From positions 1,178,001-1,242,000 of the forward strand of contig CM060731.1 in assembly GCA_030704615.1 (NCBI GenBank): 64,000 nt of DNA, read 5' to 3'. The notes under the pieces were generated by a model that was not told the origin of the DNA, made no database searches, and saw only the letters and a list, made by a program, of their open reading frames with translations. Below are positions 36,270 through 50,600 of this stretch, one piece after another (position 1 is the first letter of the stretch; the number at the start of each line of letters is the position of its first letter). The stretch is from Takakia lepidozioides (Eukaryota; Plantae; Bryophyta). Both the position numbers and the translations under genes were made by a program.

Positions 36270-38926
36270 AGAGGAGGAGGTATGGGCCGGTTCAGAGCAG
36301 CCTAGCCGATCAGTGACACCGCCCCCTGAGCCTGAGCGGTTAGCAAAGAAGGGCCTGGACTACGGGGCGCCGCCGCCGGCTATGCTCCACATCTGGAATC
36401 TACTTCCAGTGGCGCTCCGAGAGGGGATAGAGCGGGCACATCCGGCAAGGACTCCTGCCACATCGGGTGACACCTGGGGCGAGTTGGACAAGCTTGCAAA
36501 GGTACAACTGTCGCACCTTGTTCCATGATTTATCCTTTCCTTTGCATGCATGATTTTCTTTGATTGTTTGTTTCTTTTTTTTAATTTGGAGGGGTTATTT
36601 GTCTTCAGGTGGCAGCAACATGGTTGGCCTCATTGGTGCAGTCCAGTGGGGTTGCCAATGAGGGAGAGCACGTGGTGTCCATGAAGGACCCAAACACCAA
36701 AGGTAAGAAGAAGAGGCCTCGATCTCCCGAGATCCCTTTTACCATCAATGAAGGGGCTGCCGAGGAGAGAGAGAGAAGGGAGAGGGAGAAGGAGAGAGAG
36801 GAAGTAGCGGGGAAGGGGAAGGAGATGGTCATGGAGAAGGGGAAGGAAAAGAAGAAGAAGAAGAAGAAGTCCCATGGAGAGGAAGGGGTGAGTGTGCATG
36901 CGGGGGAGGGCAGTGGGGTAACAAAGGAGTAGGGGAAGGAGGCTACAAAGAAGGGAGAGGGTGGGAAGAAGAACATGCCCTTGGCGATACAAGACGTGGA
37001 GTTGGCAAAGATTGTGGTGCCACCGGTGGAGGTGAATCGCCATGGTGACCCCTGCGGTGCGTTCTGGGAGGCTATGAAGAAGCTAGCCTTTGAACTCCTA
37101 TTGAGGTGGTTCCCTTTGCACATCGAGTGGGCTGATCGGCACTCTAGCGCGAAGTGGGCGTATGCCCGTGAGTTAGACCGCCAGTTTCCGGGCAATTGGA
37201 GTGACACAAGGGTGATGGAGATGGTGGGGCGAAACTTGAAGGATAGGAGGTACCGTGCTAGATAGATCATTCGGAGGGCAATGGAAAAGGGGGCCATACC
37301 CAAACCACCTTATGGTATTACACAGGTTGGCAAATCCTGAATCATGTCACCTTCCATTTGTTGCATATGCATTAATGAGGTGGATTCGATGCAACTTATG
37401 TGTGTAATTCACTAATTGTTGGGGGGGGGGGGGGTGTGCATAGGTATCGTGGGATGCACTCATTGCGGGAGAGACTGATGCCGCAAACAAGGCCAAATTT
37501 GACCGGGCACGCAAAGCAACAACAGTCCGCCTTGACAAACACGAATCCACACATAAGTGGGGCGCCGGCGGATCCAAGGGTTTTATCTTGCGATTTGTAA
37601 GTCGTACTTCCCTATGGATTTTGTTATGTCTTCTTTCTGGCTCCATCATCGCGAAGAACTGACTTTAATTTGTGGCATGTGTAGCAACGCGCGTTTGAGA
37701 GGAAGCCATCTCCGGTAGAGTACAACTACGCCAATGAGCATGGTTGGCAATCCCTCATGAAGAACATGGCCAACACGGATGGGATGAGTGCACTACAGGG
37801 CACTAGTATGGATGAGGTCGGGGGTCATGGCCAGGGATTGGATGAGAGCTTTGTGGGACTTAGGGGAACGCCGCCTCATTTAGGTGCTCTGGCAAAGGGC
37901 GCAGAGTCATCAGGCTCATCAGATAGCTCTGAGTCCTCCACTGAGGATGAGGATGAGGATGACTAGTCCTAGTCCATTGAGGTCCCAGGGTCAGCCTACT
38001 GAACCCTTGTGAGCTTTACAGCTCATTTCCTATAAATATATTTCCATATTTCCATCTTTCATCTTATTCATGTGTCGCACCGTCCTCACCCTCAATTCAT
38101 GCTTGCTCAATTGTGTACCTGCTAAATCAGAGAAATGGAACTGTAAGGTCTCCCATCCCCAAAAACAAAACCAGGCAAAAACAAAAAACCACCCCCAATT
38201 CACCCCCAAAATCAACCCCCAACCCCCCCCCACCAAGGCTGCCCTCGCGACTATAGGACGTCGCCAATGGCGACGTGTTTTTTTGGGCAGGGGACGCACG
38301 CCGCGACGATCGGGCGTCGCCAATCCCATTTGCGGGCGGCAACCCCCGACACCCCCTGCGACGTGTTTTTTTGGTCCGGGGGTCGCAAGCCACAATGCCC
38401 TGGCGTCGCGTAGCCTGCCACTCTGCCTGCGCCACGTCCTTTTTTTTTGATTAAATATAAAAAAACGACGCCATAGCGTTGCCAAAACCCACGCCCGGGC
38501 GTGGCGGAGCCCGACTCCTGCTCCTGCTGTTTTTTTTTGCCATGCCTAATAGTCGCTTGGCGTACCACCCGGCTTACGCCACGTGTTTCTGGGTTTTATG
38601 ATGGGACTCCCGGGCAGGTTAAAAAAAAAAGGGGATGCGACGCCGCGCCGGCGCCCTCACCAACGCCGTCGGCTGGAGGGCCGCGACGGCGAGACGTCGC
38701 TCGACGGAGGCCTCTGCCATCGGTGCGGACGGCCTGAAAAGCGACGTCCGGCAGTCGCGGGAGTTGGGGCGGGGGCTCGCGACCCCCATACGTCGCATTT
38801 TTGCGACGTCATTTTGGCGACGCCCATGCGACGGCCGGGCGTCGCAAATTCTGCGCCTGCCCCCTGCCCGAAAAGGGCGTTTTTCCGACGCTGCGGCGTC
38901 GCAAAGGCCCCCGTTTTCATGTAGTG
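36270..38926 (+). mobile_element. Right part of a CACTA element with a degenerate, spliced TnpA-like ORF
   Basis: Terminus reads CACTACATGAAAA on the minus strand (38926), with dense GCGACG/CGTCGC subterminal repeats at 38245-38905. Disrupted ORF pieces at 36313-37966 (K/E-rich; VNRHGDPCG..W; acidic tail). The TnpA assignment is by context only. Confidence 0.7.
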
Positions 38927-39053
38927 ATTTAACCCTACTGTCTCTTGGTTGCGGGGAATTTTTCCAGACATAATTGTTCGGGGGCTTGCGAGTTTTGTTC
39001 TGGATGAGTATGAAAACTTATCTTGGTTTTGTGAACTTGGGGAGTTCTGGGGA

Positions 39054-40410
39054 TTAAAGGAATTGCTCTGTAGATACTGTGGAGATAGTTACAGATAAAA
39101 CCGAGGCCTCAGCCGGGAGGAACACAACGTTCAATAGATCGTAAAAACCACGGTATCTATCACTGAGTGAGCCATCAGAGGGAAGAGTCCCAGAGGGTAT
39201 GTTTTCTGGCAGATCAAACACTGGCAGCCTATGTCTGACCTGCTTTGCCCAAAAGTATTTCCCTTTCTTGCATAACATCCAACATCTAGTAGGGTTCCCA
39301 GATAAAACTTGGTAAATGAAACAGGGTGAGGGAGAGGATGGTACCTTGTTTGGGGAAGGTGGAGAGGAGGGAGTTAAGACCTTGGGTGGCACCCACATTT
39401 GGCATGGACGTCCACCATGGGAGTGTTCAGGATGACATCTGGTACAATTCCAGCTTTGACGGAAGTCACTTGAGAGTTCGGCAGCGAATTAGCCTAGGTT
39501 GTGTCAATGATTGTTGGGGAGGATAAGTGTTTAGCTCCTTTCGCCGAGTCCATTATGTTGTGATTCCCCTCATGTGTAGAAGATTCCACCTGGGAATCTG
39601 AGGAAGAGTGAGAGTGATCTGCCCGCCTGGTGCCATTAATATGATCTCTTGTCCTTTGAACCTCCATTCTGTAGTTGTCCCCATCCACTTCAGAGTCCAA
39701 GTGGGCTCCCAACAGCTGAAACCCATTTATCAGGGTATCCTGGTTTCGAATTTGCAAGCTGTGACTCCCTGTGGGGGCTAAGAGCCAATCCTCATAAGTC
39801 CAGATAGCCTCAATCGGTGGAGGTGAGACATAAATTTCTGCATCCTCCATCAGGGCTAGAATGTGGGTTGAAGGTTTGACACTAAGTCCAGGATGGTCTT
39901 CCAGGTATGCCCCCCATGAGATTTTGGTGAGAGGTGAAAGTGAATACTGTTTTTGTTGCTTTGAGGAAGAACTGTTGAATTTTATCCTTGAACAAAATTT
40001 GCGTATTGCTATTGGGTGGGTTGGATTGCAGGAAATGCTTGAGATTTTTTTTCCCTGGGGGGTGATGCAAATCAACCTTGCGTTGAGAAATGAAAGCATC
40101 CTTTTTTGAGGACTGTTTTTTGCATTTTGTATGGTTGCTGGCCCTGTTGTTCTTCGTTTCGTGTCTTGCAGTGCAAGTCTTGCCAACTTGTTCTGCACCA
40201 TGTTTTTTCATAAACCGCAAAGACGCTTTAGGGATTTCCTGGTGTTTGTCTGAAGAACGTCTATGAATGAAAAGTGGATGTGAATTGGGGGGAAGGAACT
40301 TCGTTAGAACAAATTCATTATCCTTCGTGTTCATTACACAACAGGACATTGTACTCTCTGAAATATCCTGTGCCCGTGGACAAAAACCATCCACAAACCA
40401 CCCGTGATTT
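39054..40410 (-). mobile_element. Relic of LINE ORF1 homologous to 59.7-60.9 kb
   Basis: KISWGAYLEDHPGL..KP.TH.LALMEDAEIY..AIW.YE..LQIRNQDTL.NGFQLL.AHL and PC.I.Q.LS....RCW.LC are shared with the ORF upstream of the APE at 61 kb. Confidence 0.75.
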
Positions 40411-40489
40411 CTCATCCGACCAAGATTGATGAGGGAGGAGACTTCTTGGAAAATAAAGTTGGCAAATCTGGGGCGTGGTAGTCGCCTAC

Positions 40490-40598
40490 AGTTCCACGGA
40501 AATAGGTGGCATCCGTGGAATTAGGTCCTGCACGTGGCAAACCTTGCTGATGTGGCATGAGCCTGGCTGCGCTAACAGGCTCACGCGCAAGCATTCCC
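40490..40598 (+). repeat. Solo copy of the ParB-MTase element-type terminus
   Basis: TTCCACGGAAATAGG...TCCGTGGAA, TGATGTGGCATGAGCCTG...CAGGCTCACGC, and an end GCATTCCC resembling GCATCCC of terminus 1. Confidence 0.55.
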
Positions 40599-41669
40599 CG
40601 TGCCGGCTTCACCCCGTAGCCGGTCTCGCCTCCCCAACTACCTAGTCTATAAAAGGCTCCTCCCGCGGATTGACGTACGCCATGTGCAAATCCCATAGCA
40701 TGCGAGAGAAATGAGACGAAGAGAAATGAGATGAAGTTTGGGTAACATAACCAAGTCTAGTAATTTTCAATGTATCACATTCATCCATCTATCCTTAGAC
40801 TTTAGTTCTCACCAATAGTAACAACAACGTTCCCTTCTCCAACCCATGATTTAAGGCATAGTCGTCCAATCGGTGGAAAACCGTTTGGTAAAGGAAAATG
40901 GATTTGGTGAGAGTGACCGGGAAAACCGGGTAGGAAGGGTAGAGTGTGAGAGGAGCTCACAGTGTGTCGTGGGCTGGCGAGCTCTGCAGCGTGGGCCTGG
41001 AGGTTTAGCACCAGAGCTGTGGCCTACGGTTCGTGGGAGGGAGTGCAAGTTAAGGTTTTGGAAGATGCGAGGGAAATTTGGAAATCTTCAATTGCAGCCG
41101 TCTTTTTCTTCAGAGTTTTGCACTTTTCTGGTGGTTTGTTGATCTTTGGGGGATTTGTGGCGCGAGGAGCGAGTACGTAAAATCGGTGGAGAGACGGAAG
41201 GAGAGCGAGGGGGCTGGATTTTGGGGAAGTTGTAGGCGTTGTGTATGCGGAAGGTTTTAGCTCTTGGGAGTCGTTGACTGCGTTCGCTACAAAGAGATGT
41301 CGGCACAAATGCGGTCAAGAGATCGACAGAGAGGGACATGGTTGGCGGCGGTGAAGGTGCGAGAGCGTGGGATCCGTGAAGTTTCTTAGGGTTTCGGAGA
41401 ATCCGCTTGAATGCGATGCTTTTTTGCAATATCAAAGACAATGGTGTGTGAAGTAGGGTTAAGTTTCCCTTCATGGACATCTCCGGAGAGCTAATTGAGG
41501 AGCTCCACCGAGACTAGATAGCTGGGAAAGTTAGTTATTTGACCTAAGGAAAACAGGTCTTTATTGGAGAGGGCAGTTGACGAAGTGAGTGCACAACTTC
41601 GGTAACAGCTCTCGAGTTGCACATACTTTGAAGACTTGAATAATTTCCGAGGAGGTGGCCTCTGACAGC

Positions 41670-44600
41670 ATGGTGCGTCAAATGGAAACACAGTTGGCAG
41701 ACATAGGGAAACGTCTGGGGACGACTTCACAATCGAAGGACGCGCTTCTTAAGCTCTTGCGGGTCTGTGGTCCTCACGTTGCTCTCTTCACTCACAATTA
41801 CGTGCAGAGGTTATGCATGGCGCCGTTGCAGTTCATTGTGTAGTTCGCCTTGGTTTCTCATGACTTCCGCCCCCGCAGCTCCCGTTTAGTGTAGAGCACC
41901 AAGATATTCTTTTTTCCAAGCCCCTCCTTCTGCCATTATGAAATTCATGGTACCAAATTTTCATCTCCGTTGGTTGTCCCTTTGTCGGAGTTCAGTTGTC
42001 TCCTTGCCACTTCTCTGATCTTATTCCCTTTTTCTTTAAGAGGCCGTTAAAGGCCCTGGTCTTTCTTTGCTTAGTGTTTACCTACATCACTAGCTTTGGC
42101 CCGTTTTATAAATCAGATTTTTTTTTTCCTTTGGTTGTTCCACACACTTGTCCCATAAGTAGTCTGGGCTTGCGCTGGAGGTTCTAAAATTTTCTTTCAT
42201 TCTTTTCTTCCTTCTCAAAGCTGTGCTTACATTCTGAGCAATGTTTCTTTTAATTGTCCATATAACTTTTCCTTCTTGTCAGAGAGATACAGTTCTACAG
42301 TGCTAGAATCTTCCCAGCCATTTCTAGTATGATGTACATGCAAGTGGGCAGTTTTAGTTCTTGTGTGAAAGTGGGGTTGAGTCTCATGTACCCTGGAGGG
42401 CTGAAGCCATTGCATAGAAACTACTCAGGTTGCTGAGGCACCCTTGGGCCTGTCTTGTTCTTTTCGCTTTTGATTGTATACTCATTTCCGTCTTTGCCCT
42501 GACCACTGCCATTTTCGTCTTCTTCTCTATGCACAGCAAGCTGCAGGTCTGCTAGCAGAGGTGGAGCAGTCACCACCACAGAGCACTGTCAACAAGATGA
42601 AGGCGTGTTCTGATGCACTGGTGCTGCCAGCATTGTTGAGACACAAAGACAAAGATGTCAGGCTCTTAGTAGCAGCCTGCATCAGTGAGATCATGAGAAT
42701 TGTGGCCCCAGATGCCCCTTTCAGTGACAGTATTTTAAAGGTAGTTGTGGAGTCTAATTCTGGTATTAGAATGTGGTTTTAATAAATATGAAGTATGGAA
42801 GATCTGGACCTAAAAAATTCTGATAAATGTTGAGAACATGCTTCAACTAGTCTCATGGAGCATATTAGTCTGATTTGCAATGGTGGTGGCTTACAGTAGA
42901 GGGGGATATGAAGATGGTACTCTGAGATGAGTGCATCTGAGGTGCAGGATGGTCGGTTGGACCCTGGTAGGGTTCCTGGTATATCACCGACTTCTTTTTG
43001 GTAGTCTACCTTTTCTTCTGCCTGGTTGTTACCTCATTCTATAGAAGCTCAGTCTCTATCTGTTTTTCTTGCTCAGGGAAGCAAGTCCATTTTATTGAAA
43101 TCGACTTTGGATGCTTTGCAGGAAATCTTTCACTTGATTGTGAACATCTTTCAAGGGCTGGATGATGTGAACAGTCCTTCATTTGCAAGAAGGGTGAACA
43201 TTCTGGAGACCGTTGCCAATGTCAGGTCATGTGTGGTGATGCTGGACCTTGAATGTGACGATCTGATCTTGGAGATGTTTCATACCTGTTTTGACACTGC
43301 CAGGTACATCCTTCTGCAACCAGCAAATTGTGTATGTTGACAGATCTGACAGTTATATGTATTTTCATTTGGTAGATATTGATGAAGACGTTGGAGATAT
43401 ACCACTTGGGCAGCAAGGATCTATCAAGCTCATGGCATCCTTCATTACACCTTTTTGCAGCACTTGAAGGATAGTCTTTTGGTGTTTGCAGTGATGAGCA
43501 TCCACAAAATGTGTTTGTGGCAATGCGGAATGTCTTAGCCTTGGTGTTGGACGAGAGCGAGGAAATCTTAGCTCCGATGTTGGAGGTTGTCCTCAAGAAT
43601 CTGCTCAAGCAAAACAAGGTGGAAAACAGTGTGTTGCAAATTTGCCTTCTGTCACTGAAATGAATTTGCCGGAAACCTTTAGAGTGAAGACTAGTCAACT
43701 GCACCAGTTCCTGAAGGATGCCAAAGTCTGAAAACAAGTACTGAAAGGCAGTCTAGGGGAGGAAGTGTCTTGCATGGATCCTCACCAGCAATGTGTCGAT
43801 ATATTCTCAATCTTAAGTATGTATTGTGGTTGGATCATCTTTTCCCTTGTAAATCGCACGCCAAACACAAGTCTTTACTTGGCAAAGTTTGAAACTGTAC
43901 ATTGCCTTATAAAAAGAAGAGCCTTTGGAGGGCGTGTGTAGACTCAAGTTCATCACCAGGAAACCGCTTTCTATGACAGGGCCACACCAATACATTTGTC
44001 TTCTACTACTGAAACGACCCCTATGTATATCAAAGCAGGCCTGCTGATGCCAATGATCTGACAAGCCTGCGGCCCTCTGTTCCTAATTTCCCCTTCTGAC
44101 AACTTATGTTACTGAGTGCCAGATAGGTTTTCTGAAACATATTGAAGGTACAATGGTTTACATTTGGTGTTACACACTCCTAGAACATTCATGAAAGCCT
44201 GTCTTACTCACCAATTCTGTTCTTAGCAGGAGGTTTCAGCAGCGGCACATAAGCTGGCAGTTGCGGTTGTAGAGAAATGTGCGGATAAGTTGGAGCCGTA
44301 TGTGCAACGCTTTTTAACTTCAGTGATGTTGGAGGGAAGGACTTTGGATAGTGGCTTGCATGAGGACTATCATGAAGTTATTTATGAGATTTACTGCTGT
44401 GCCCCTCAGATGCTGTTGGCTATCATTCCTAATCTCACACAAGAGCTTGTGGTACACCTTATCTCTTCACCACAGGATCTTTGGCACTAGATATTGCAAA
44501 ATGCTGAGCTGCAAGTTGTTGTTGGAGAGTTTGCAGTTGATATCCTTGAATGTTCCTAGTGCTGTGTACGTACTTGGTTTGGGGACAGTTAGGTTTTGCA

Positions 44601-47600
44601 GAGTGGCAAGTCTCACTGTCTGTAGTGAAGTTCCGTGATGTGTGCATCCATTGTCTACAAGAGCTCCTAGAGCGCATTGTATCTCAGTATGGCGAACATT
44701 TATTTTCCAAGAAGCTGTGGCCTGTTCTGTGGCGGAGGATTGTTTTATGAACTCATGTTGCTTCTGGATTCTTTGGTGTCCAGACAGACCAGATAGATGT
44801 ACGTTTGAAGGCGGTAGAGCTGCTTGGACGGTTATTTGCATTACCCGGCCGGCATGTAGCTCAAGAATATCGGCAGCTGTTTTCGGAGTTTCTGAAGCGG
44901 TTTGCTGACAAAGCTGTGGAGGTCAGGATAGCTGTTGTAAGCTGTGCAAAATTGTGTCTGGTGGCAAATCCATCCGGGGTAGAGGCCTCTGAGATTCTAG
45001 GTTAGTCTCCTGTGCTTAGTTAATCCCCATGAATGCTGATTCTGGAAGACATTAGTATGTTGCGAGACCTCGACGGAAACAGCCAGAACAGACTGGAGGA
45101 AACTTTAACCTGGTAGACAGGCTGGATGCAATGGTGAGTCAATTACAGTGGTTGCGCTCAGTGCCTTCGTATACAAAGTGTCTGGAAATAACTGACTATT
45201 GTGGCACGTCTGGTCAATTGGCTGGTTTGTTTCTCGTTTGCAGCTAATTCAGAGCTGCTTGACCTTTGTTAAGTGGGAAATGTGGTAGTATTCTCTGTTT
45301 TGTTTGGGATCAGCAGTTTTTGCTAGACTTTTCCAAGTGCTTACGGTCTTCAGGGTATAAAGGTCAGGGTCTGGAGTGTGGGTTTTCAGGTTTACTCTAC
45401 TTATTTGTATACTATCACTTGGTTCGTCCACTGTATCATCTACGTATCAGAATGCACCTTTAGTGTGTGGATTTGCAGCATTGTGAAATGCCAGCATTAT
45501 CGCGAATCTAATTCAAATAGCTAATGGACGCCCTTGACAGCTGAAGGAAAATACACACAATGCTTCATATAGCTCATACATTTTTTGTAAGTGGAGTTGT
45601 GCATGGAATCATCAGCTGGCCTGAAAGATCGGCTCTTGGACTATGATGACAAAGTACGTATGACAGTTGTGAAGGCCATTTGCGAATTGGCTAACTCTAA
45701 CCCCAAGTGGGTCCCCCCTGAGATCTTGCGTCATGTCGCTGATCGGCTCCGAGATAAAAAGGTTTGACCTTATTGATTATGAACCTAATTCAGGTTTCTT
45801 CAGTATACCTGTCCTTTTGTTTTTGTTTTTGTTTATGTTTTGGATCCACCTTCTTTTACTTCACACCTTCAAGAGGATCTAAAAAAGGGCGCAGGAAACC
45901 TGCGCCCTTTTTTAGATCTTACCTTTCCTTCCCATTTCTCCTTTCTTGTGTAGCACATACTTCCCCTTCGGATTTAAAGAGCTTGGTCTCTTGCTTAGAG
46001 GCTATGGAGTACTTCCACTCACCTCTCGGACCTGTTTCTCTGTTTCCTCTCTGTTGGTTTTGTCCATGTAGGTGTCTGCCTCCTGCCCCTCCTCTGGGTA
46101 TTCTGTGCTCTTTTCTGTTTAAATCTGAAAGTTGTGTCCATTGGTCAGGGTGATGCTTGTCTAGCCTCTTCATATGGGCGCACACTGGGGATGCAGGTGT
46201 TTGTAAGGAAGGACACCTTGCAGAAATTGACTGAAGTGTACAGAACGTACTGCGCCAGGTGTTTTGAAGGTTCCATTGCTGCAGACAAGCAGTTTGAGTG
46301 GATACCTAGTAAAATTGTTCGCTGCTGCTATGACAAAGACTGCAAGGATTTTAAGTAAGTGGTATTTTTTCCTCGAGATGTTTTACCTTCAGATTTTCAG
46401 CCTTGTTCCCATTTTTTTCCAAAGTGCTCTCCAAAACTTACTTGTAAACTTTGGATCGCGATCTGAGACAATATCCTTCGGGAGTCCATGGAGCTTGAAA
46501 ACATGGGCGAAGAAAAGTCGCCCCGTTTCTTGTGCCGTTGCCGTCTCCTTGGTGGGGATGAAATGGGCCATTTTACTGGCGCAAGCTTGGGAAAGAATTG
46601 GCGTGCTCCTTCTATGACTAGGGACTTTCTCTAACTAAAGCCAATAGATCTGAAGCATCTGTAGGTGTTGTAAATGGAAAAGTCCTGATTGGTGGATGGA
46701 TACTTCAATTTTGCCTAAAATTTAGCTAGCATATCTAACAGGTTTATCAATATCTGGTGATTTATGGTTGGGCTGGGCAGACCACAAGGCATGGAGATTG
46801 TTTTTACAGATGATCTGTTCCAAGTGGATCTCCCTGTAGAGGAACGGACAAAACATTGGGTTGCTATCTTCTCCACTTTTGATGAAAATGATGTGAAGGC
46901 CTTCCAATACATTTTGTCTCACAAACAGAGGTGAGGTCAAAGTTTTGGCATTAGTGTCAATTAGCTCGTTGGTTCTGATGATAGTATGCCACTGCTATGG
47001 TGGCGGCAACCTTGATGACTTGATTTGACCTCACACTTCAGATCTGGATCTCTCAGCTCCTGCATCAAATCCGAGAGTGAAGGAGAAGACCTAAGGCTGT
47101 AGTATGATTGCCCTTGCAGGTTTCAGCAGGAGATGCAGGTCTACCTGGCTATGCGACAGAAGGCTAAGGTATGGTCTATAATGTAGTCATTGAGGGTTAT
47201 ATTTTACCACTTATATGTATCAGGTCCTATGATGCAGTGCTCCTGCCTGACCTTATACTTCTCTTGATAATGAATTGAGGACGAGGAGTGTGGATTGAAG
47301 TCAGAGGCTAGCTGGGGTTGTAGGTAAGGATGAGTATTGTAACCTTTTCTCGGAGGAGTTGAGCTATTTAGCAATTGAATACCAAAGAGGGGACATGTTG
47401 GTCTCCTCAGGGTGGGCATAACTTGTAAGATTTTTTTTGGAAGGGATTTGTCCAGATAGGCTGAGAGTTTCCTTTCTGGCTTTGTCAATGTCTATTCCAC
47501 TAGATGAATTTTGAGGACTACACACTGTGCAGGAGGAAGATACTCCAGAGCTCCAGAAGAGGATTCAGAGCAGCCTCAAAATGATTGCAACCCAGTTTGT

Positions 47601-50600
47601 AGACCCAACTAAAGCCGAAGAAAACCTGCAGAAGCTGCACCAAATGAAGGACAAAAATATATTCAAGACACTCTCCACATTGCTGAACCCCAGTACTACT
47701 CTTGCCGAGGCATGCAGTATTCGGGTATGTATACACAATGCTTCTGGTGTGTATTGATGTTCTTGCTCTAAGTGGTGTCCACTAACAAAGGGACAATTTT
47801 TACTTGTTGTATCGGATAATGTCAAGCTTATGACTTGTGGCTATTCCTGTTGCATTATCTGCTTTGATTTAGATGGTTGAATGGTTGAATGAGCTGATAG
47901 ACTAGTTTTCAAATACAGGATGAGGTGTTGGAGAGGATCGGGGGAAAGCATCCGCAGCATGAATTCATGAAGGTTCTGGCCACCAAGTGTGCCTTTCTCT
48001 TGTTTGGCAAAGAGCATGTCCATTGTATCCTCAGCAATCTTCATGTCTACAAAGAGTCTGACAGCAAGGATCTGGTGGCAGCAAGCCTCTCTCTGCTGGT
48101 GGTTTGTACCTTCTCTCTATGTTTTTTGGCTTATGTTCTCTATACCTGCCACCTGGAAAAACTGTCACTCAGTTAATGGACAGTTTGGCATGTCAGTTCT
48201 TTGAAGTTCTTAATCTCTTCAAGCTTGTAGGGTGAAAGTTGGCTATGACCTCATCGTAGGGACAAGATTGCACAGTGCTTGTTTGTTTGTGTTTCAACAA
48301 TAAGAACAGTTAGGTCCTCCGGAAGTTACTTGCTAATTGCATGAGAAAGGAATCACAGACATGTTGGAGATGGGAAGGGGCCTGCCTAGATGTTCTATGA
48401 AAGAAGAAGAAGAAATTTAGTACATTCATGGGAGGCCTTGTGCCTCTCATTGATATTTGAGAGGCTAAAAGCTAGGTTGGACAATGTGTCTTGTATCATC
48501 ATTGGCAATCTGACCTTATGAGATCCCGCTTTCATTGAGTGTATCTATGGTTTCACAGTCCGTAAAATCTGTTCAAGCCCAAGCCCCTAACAAGTTTAGG
48601 TTTATTGGGTGTGTGGCTGATTGAGGTTATTTTTGTGCTCAGTGAACATAGCTCATATGCCTTTGAAAGACATTGGTGCAGGAGCTTGCTGCATATTCCC
48701 CTGCTCTGATGGAGGGCACCGAGGATGACTTACTGCAGTTGTTGAAGGATACGGATGATTCTATAAAAGAGGGCATTGTTCATGTTCTTTCAAAGGCTGG
48801 GGGCTCTTTCCGTGAGCAGATTCCTCACGCTGCTGCTGGCAGGTATAAGCTAGAACAGTCTCAAGATACAAAGCATCACCGCTTTTTTGAAATCATTTTG
48901 CTGTCACAATGTTGTCTCTTGCCTATTTTTCATGGTACGGCTCTCTAAAGATGCTATTCCTTGATTGAGCACATCTTGGGATTGAATGTTTCCCGGTGGT
49001 GGTCGTCTTCCTTTTTTTGTGATGTGTTTAGGTGGTTTGCTTGTGTTTGGGGTTATACTTTGTTTAGACCTGCCAGAGATCTTTCTGTGGATTGAAACCA
49101 GCCAAGCACATTCCCCGACAAAAAGAAAGAGAGCTTTCCACTTCACTTGCAAGCCTCAACTCGTTAACAGTTAACCGAAGTGTAATCAATTAACGATTAA
49201 CCGATTGTTAATGTTGGGTATGCTTAAGCCAGTCACTACTTCTCATTCTGGTCTAGCTTGGCGTTTGGGCATTCATTGTCTTTGTCCGTTCAGTATTGCC
49301 AAAGCCAGCTTCAGAGGCTGGATCCTGGGCCCCTAAGGTTGGGGTAATGCTGGTGCCCTGGCCCAACCAGGCGTGAGCAAAGTCACATTTGGGGGAGCAT
49401 TGTGTTAAGACAGCTTCCAATTAAGACACCTAAGGTCAGATAATGTCCCGTGAGTGCACATTGGACCCTACGTGAAGGGCGAGATCTATGCTATAATTTC
49501 ATTAATCAGATCCTAGATAGGGAGTAAATTTTTTCCATGTTCATTGGGTGAGGAAACAAGTGTCATGACGCAATAGTCTTTGACACATCCTGCATTTTGA
49601 TTGGTGATGTAGAAGCCACTTCGTAGGTCCCAAGGTCAGGGCTTAGAAAAAAATTTATGAACCAAAGGATCTCGATAACCACACGTGCCATTCTAGGTCC
49701 TCAAGGGTTGAGATCCCTCAGGGCCTATGATATCCAGAGGGTGGGTATCTTTCTAACCACTTTTGACAGCGAAACTGAGGTGATTGTATCTAATGTGATT
49801 AGTATGCTGGTGTGGATCCTCAATGTTTTGGTGGTTTGACTGCTGTTTATGGTCTGGCAGCTTTGTGGACTTGCAACTTGAACAGCTTTGCTTGGAGGGC
49901 AGTCGCAAGCAAGCGAAGTATGCGGTCTCAGCGATTGTCTCCATGACTGCAGATTCAGGGCTCAAGGCTCTGTCTGTATTGTATGGGGTATGGCTCCTTC
50001 ATGTCTTGTAGACACGTTCCTAGACACGTTGGTCGGAGAATTAAGGCATCTTCTCTGTTACGATTTATGGACTGATCTTGGGTCAGTATGAGGACGGTGG
50101 AAGCATGAATCGTGGGCGTCCCAGTTGGTTTGAAGTGGTTAGATTTGTTCGATTTTTACCGGATGTACTTTGGATGCTGCTGTGACACAGTGCTTTGTGA
50201 GTGGTGCAGCGGCTGGTGGATCTCCTAGAGGATAATGCACATCTTCCCACAATTTTGCAATCACTGGGCTGTATTGCACAGAATGCCATCCCTGTTTTCG
50301 AGACACGTGAAGATGAGATCATCAAATTTGTGGTCCGCGATGTTCTGAGACGGTCAAATGTATGGACTGGTTAAGTTTGTCGCGTCTCTCACTTGATGGT
50401 TGGACTTTGTGGTCTCCAGTGTGTTTCCAGAATCAGAGGATCTATGGTAGGGTGAAGGAGTAAGGCAATTGGTGAGGGTGGAGGAGACTACTAGTACATT
50501 GCACAATCGGCTAGCCAATCATGCACTGTATTTTAGTCCTCATTTGATTGTTGGCTACTGTTTGGTTGTGTTCTGGTCCATGGATTGGTGAGAGACACCA

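Noticed and set aside
38030-38973. Several overlapping ORFs of 100-150 aa
   Set aside because: Artefacts of GC-rich CACTA subterminal repeats, with no recognisable protein features.
45876-45918. Rho-independent terminator
   Set aside because: It lies in a spliceosomal intron of a nuclear gene, with no prokaryotic context.
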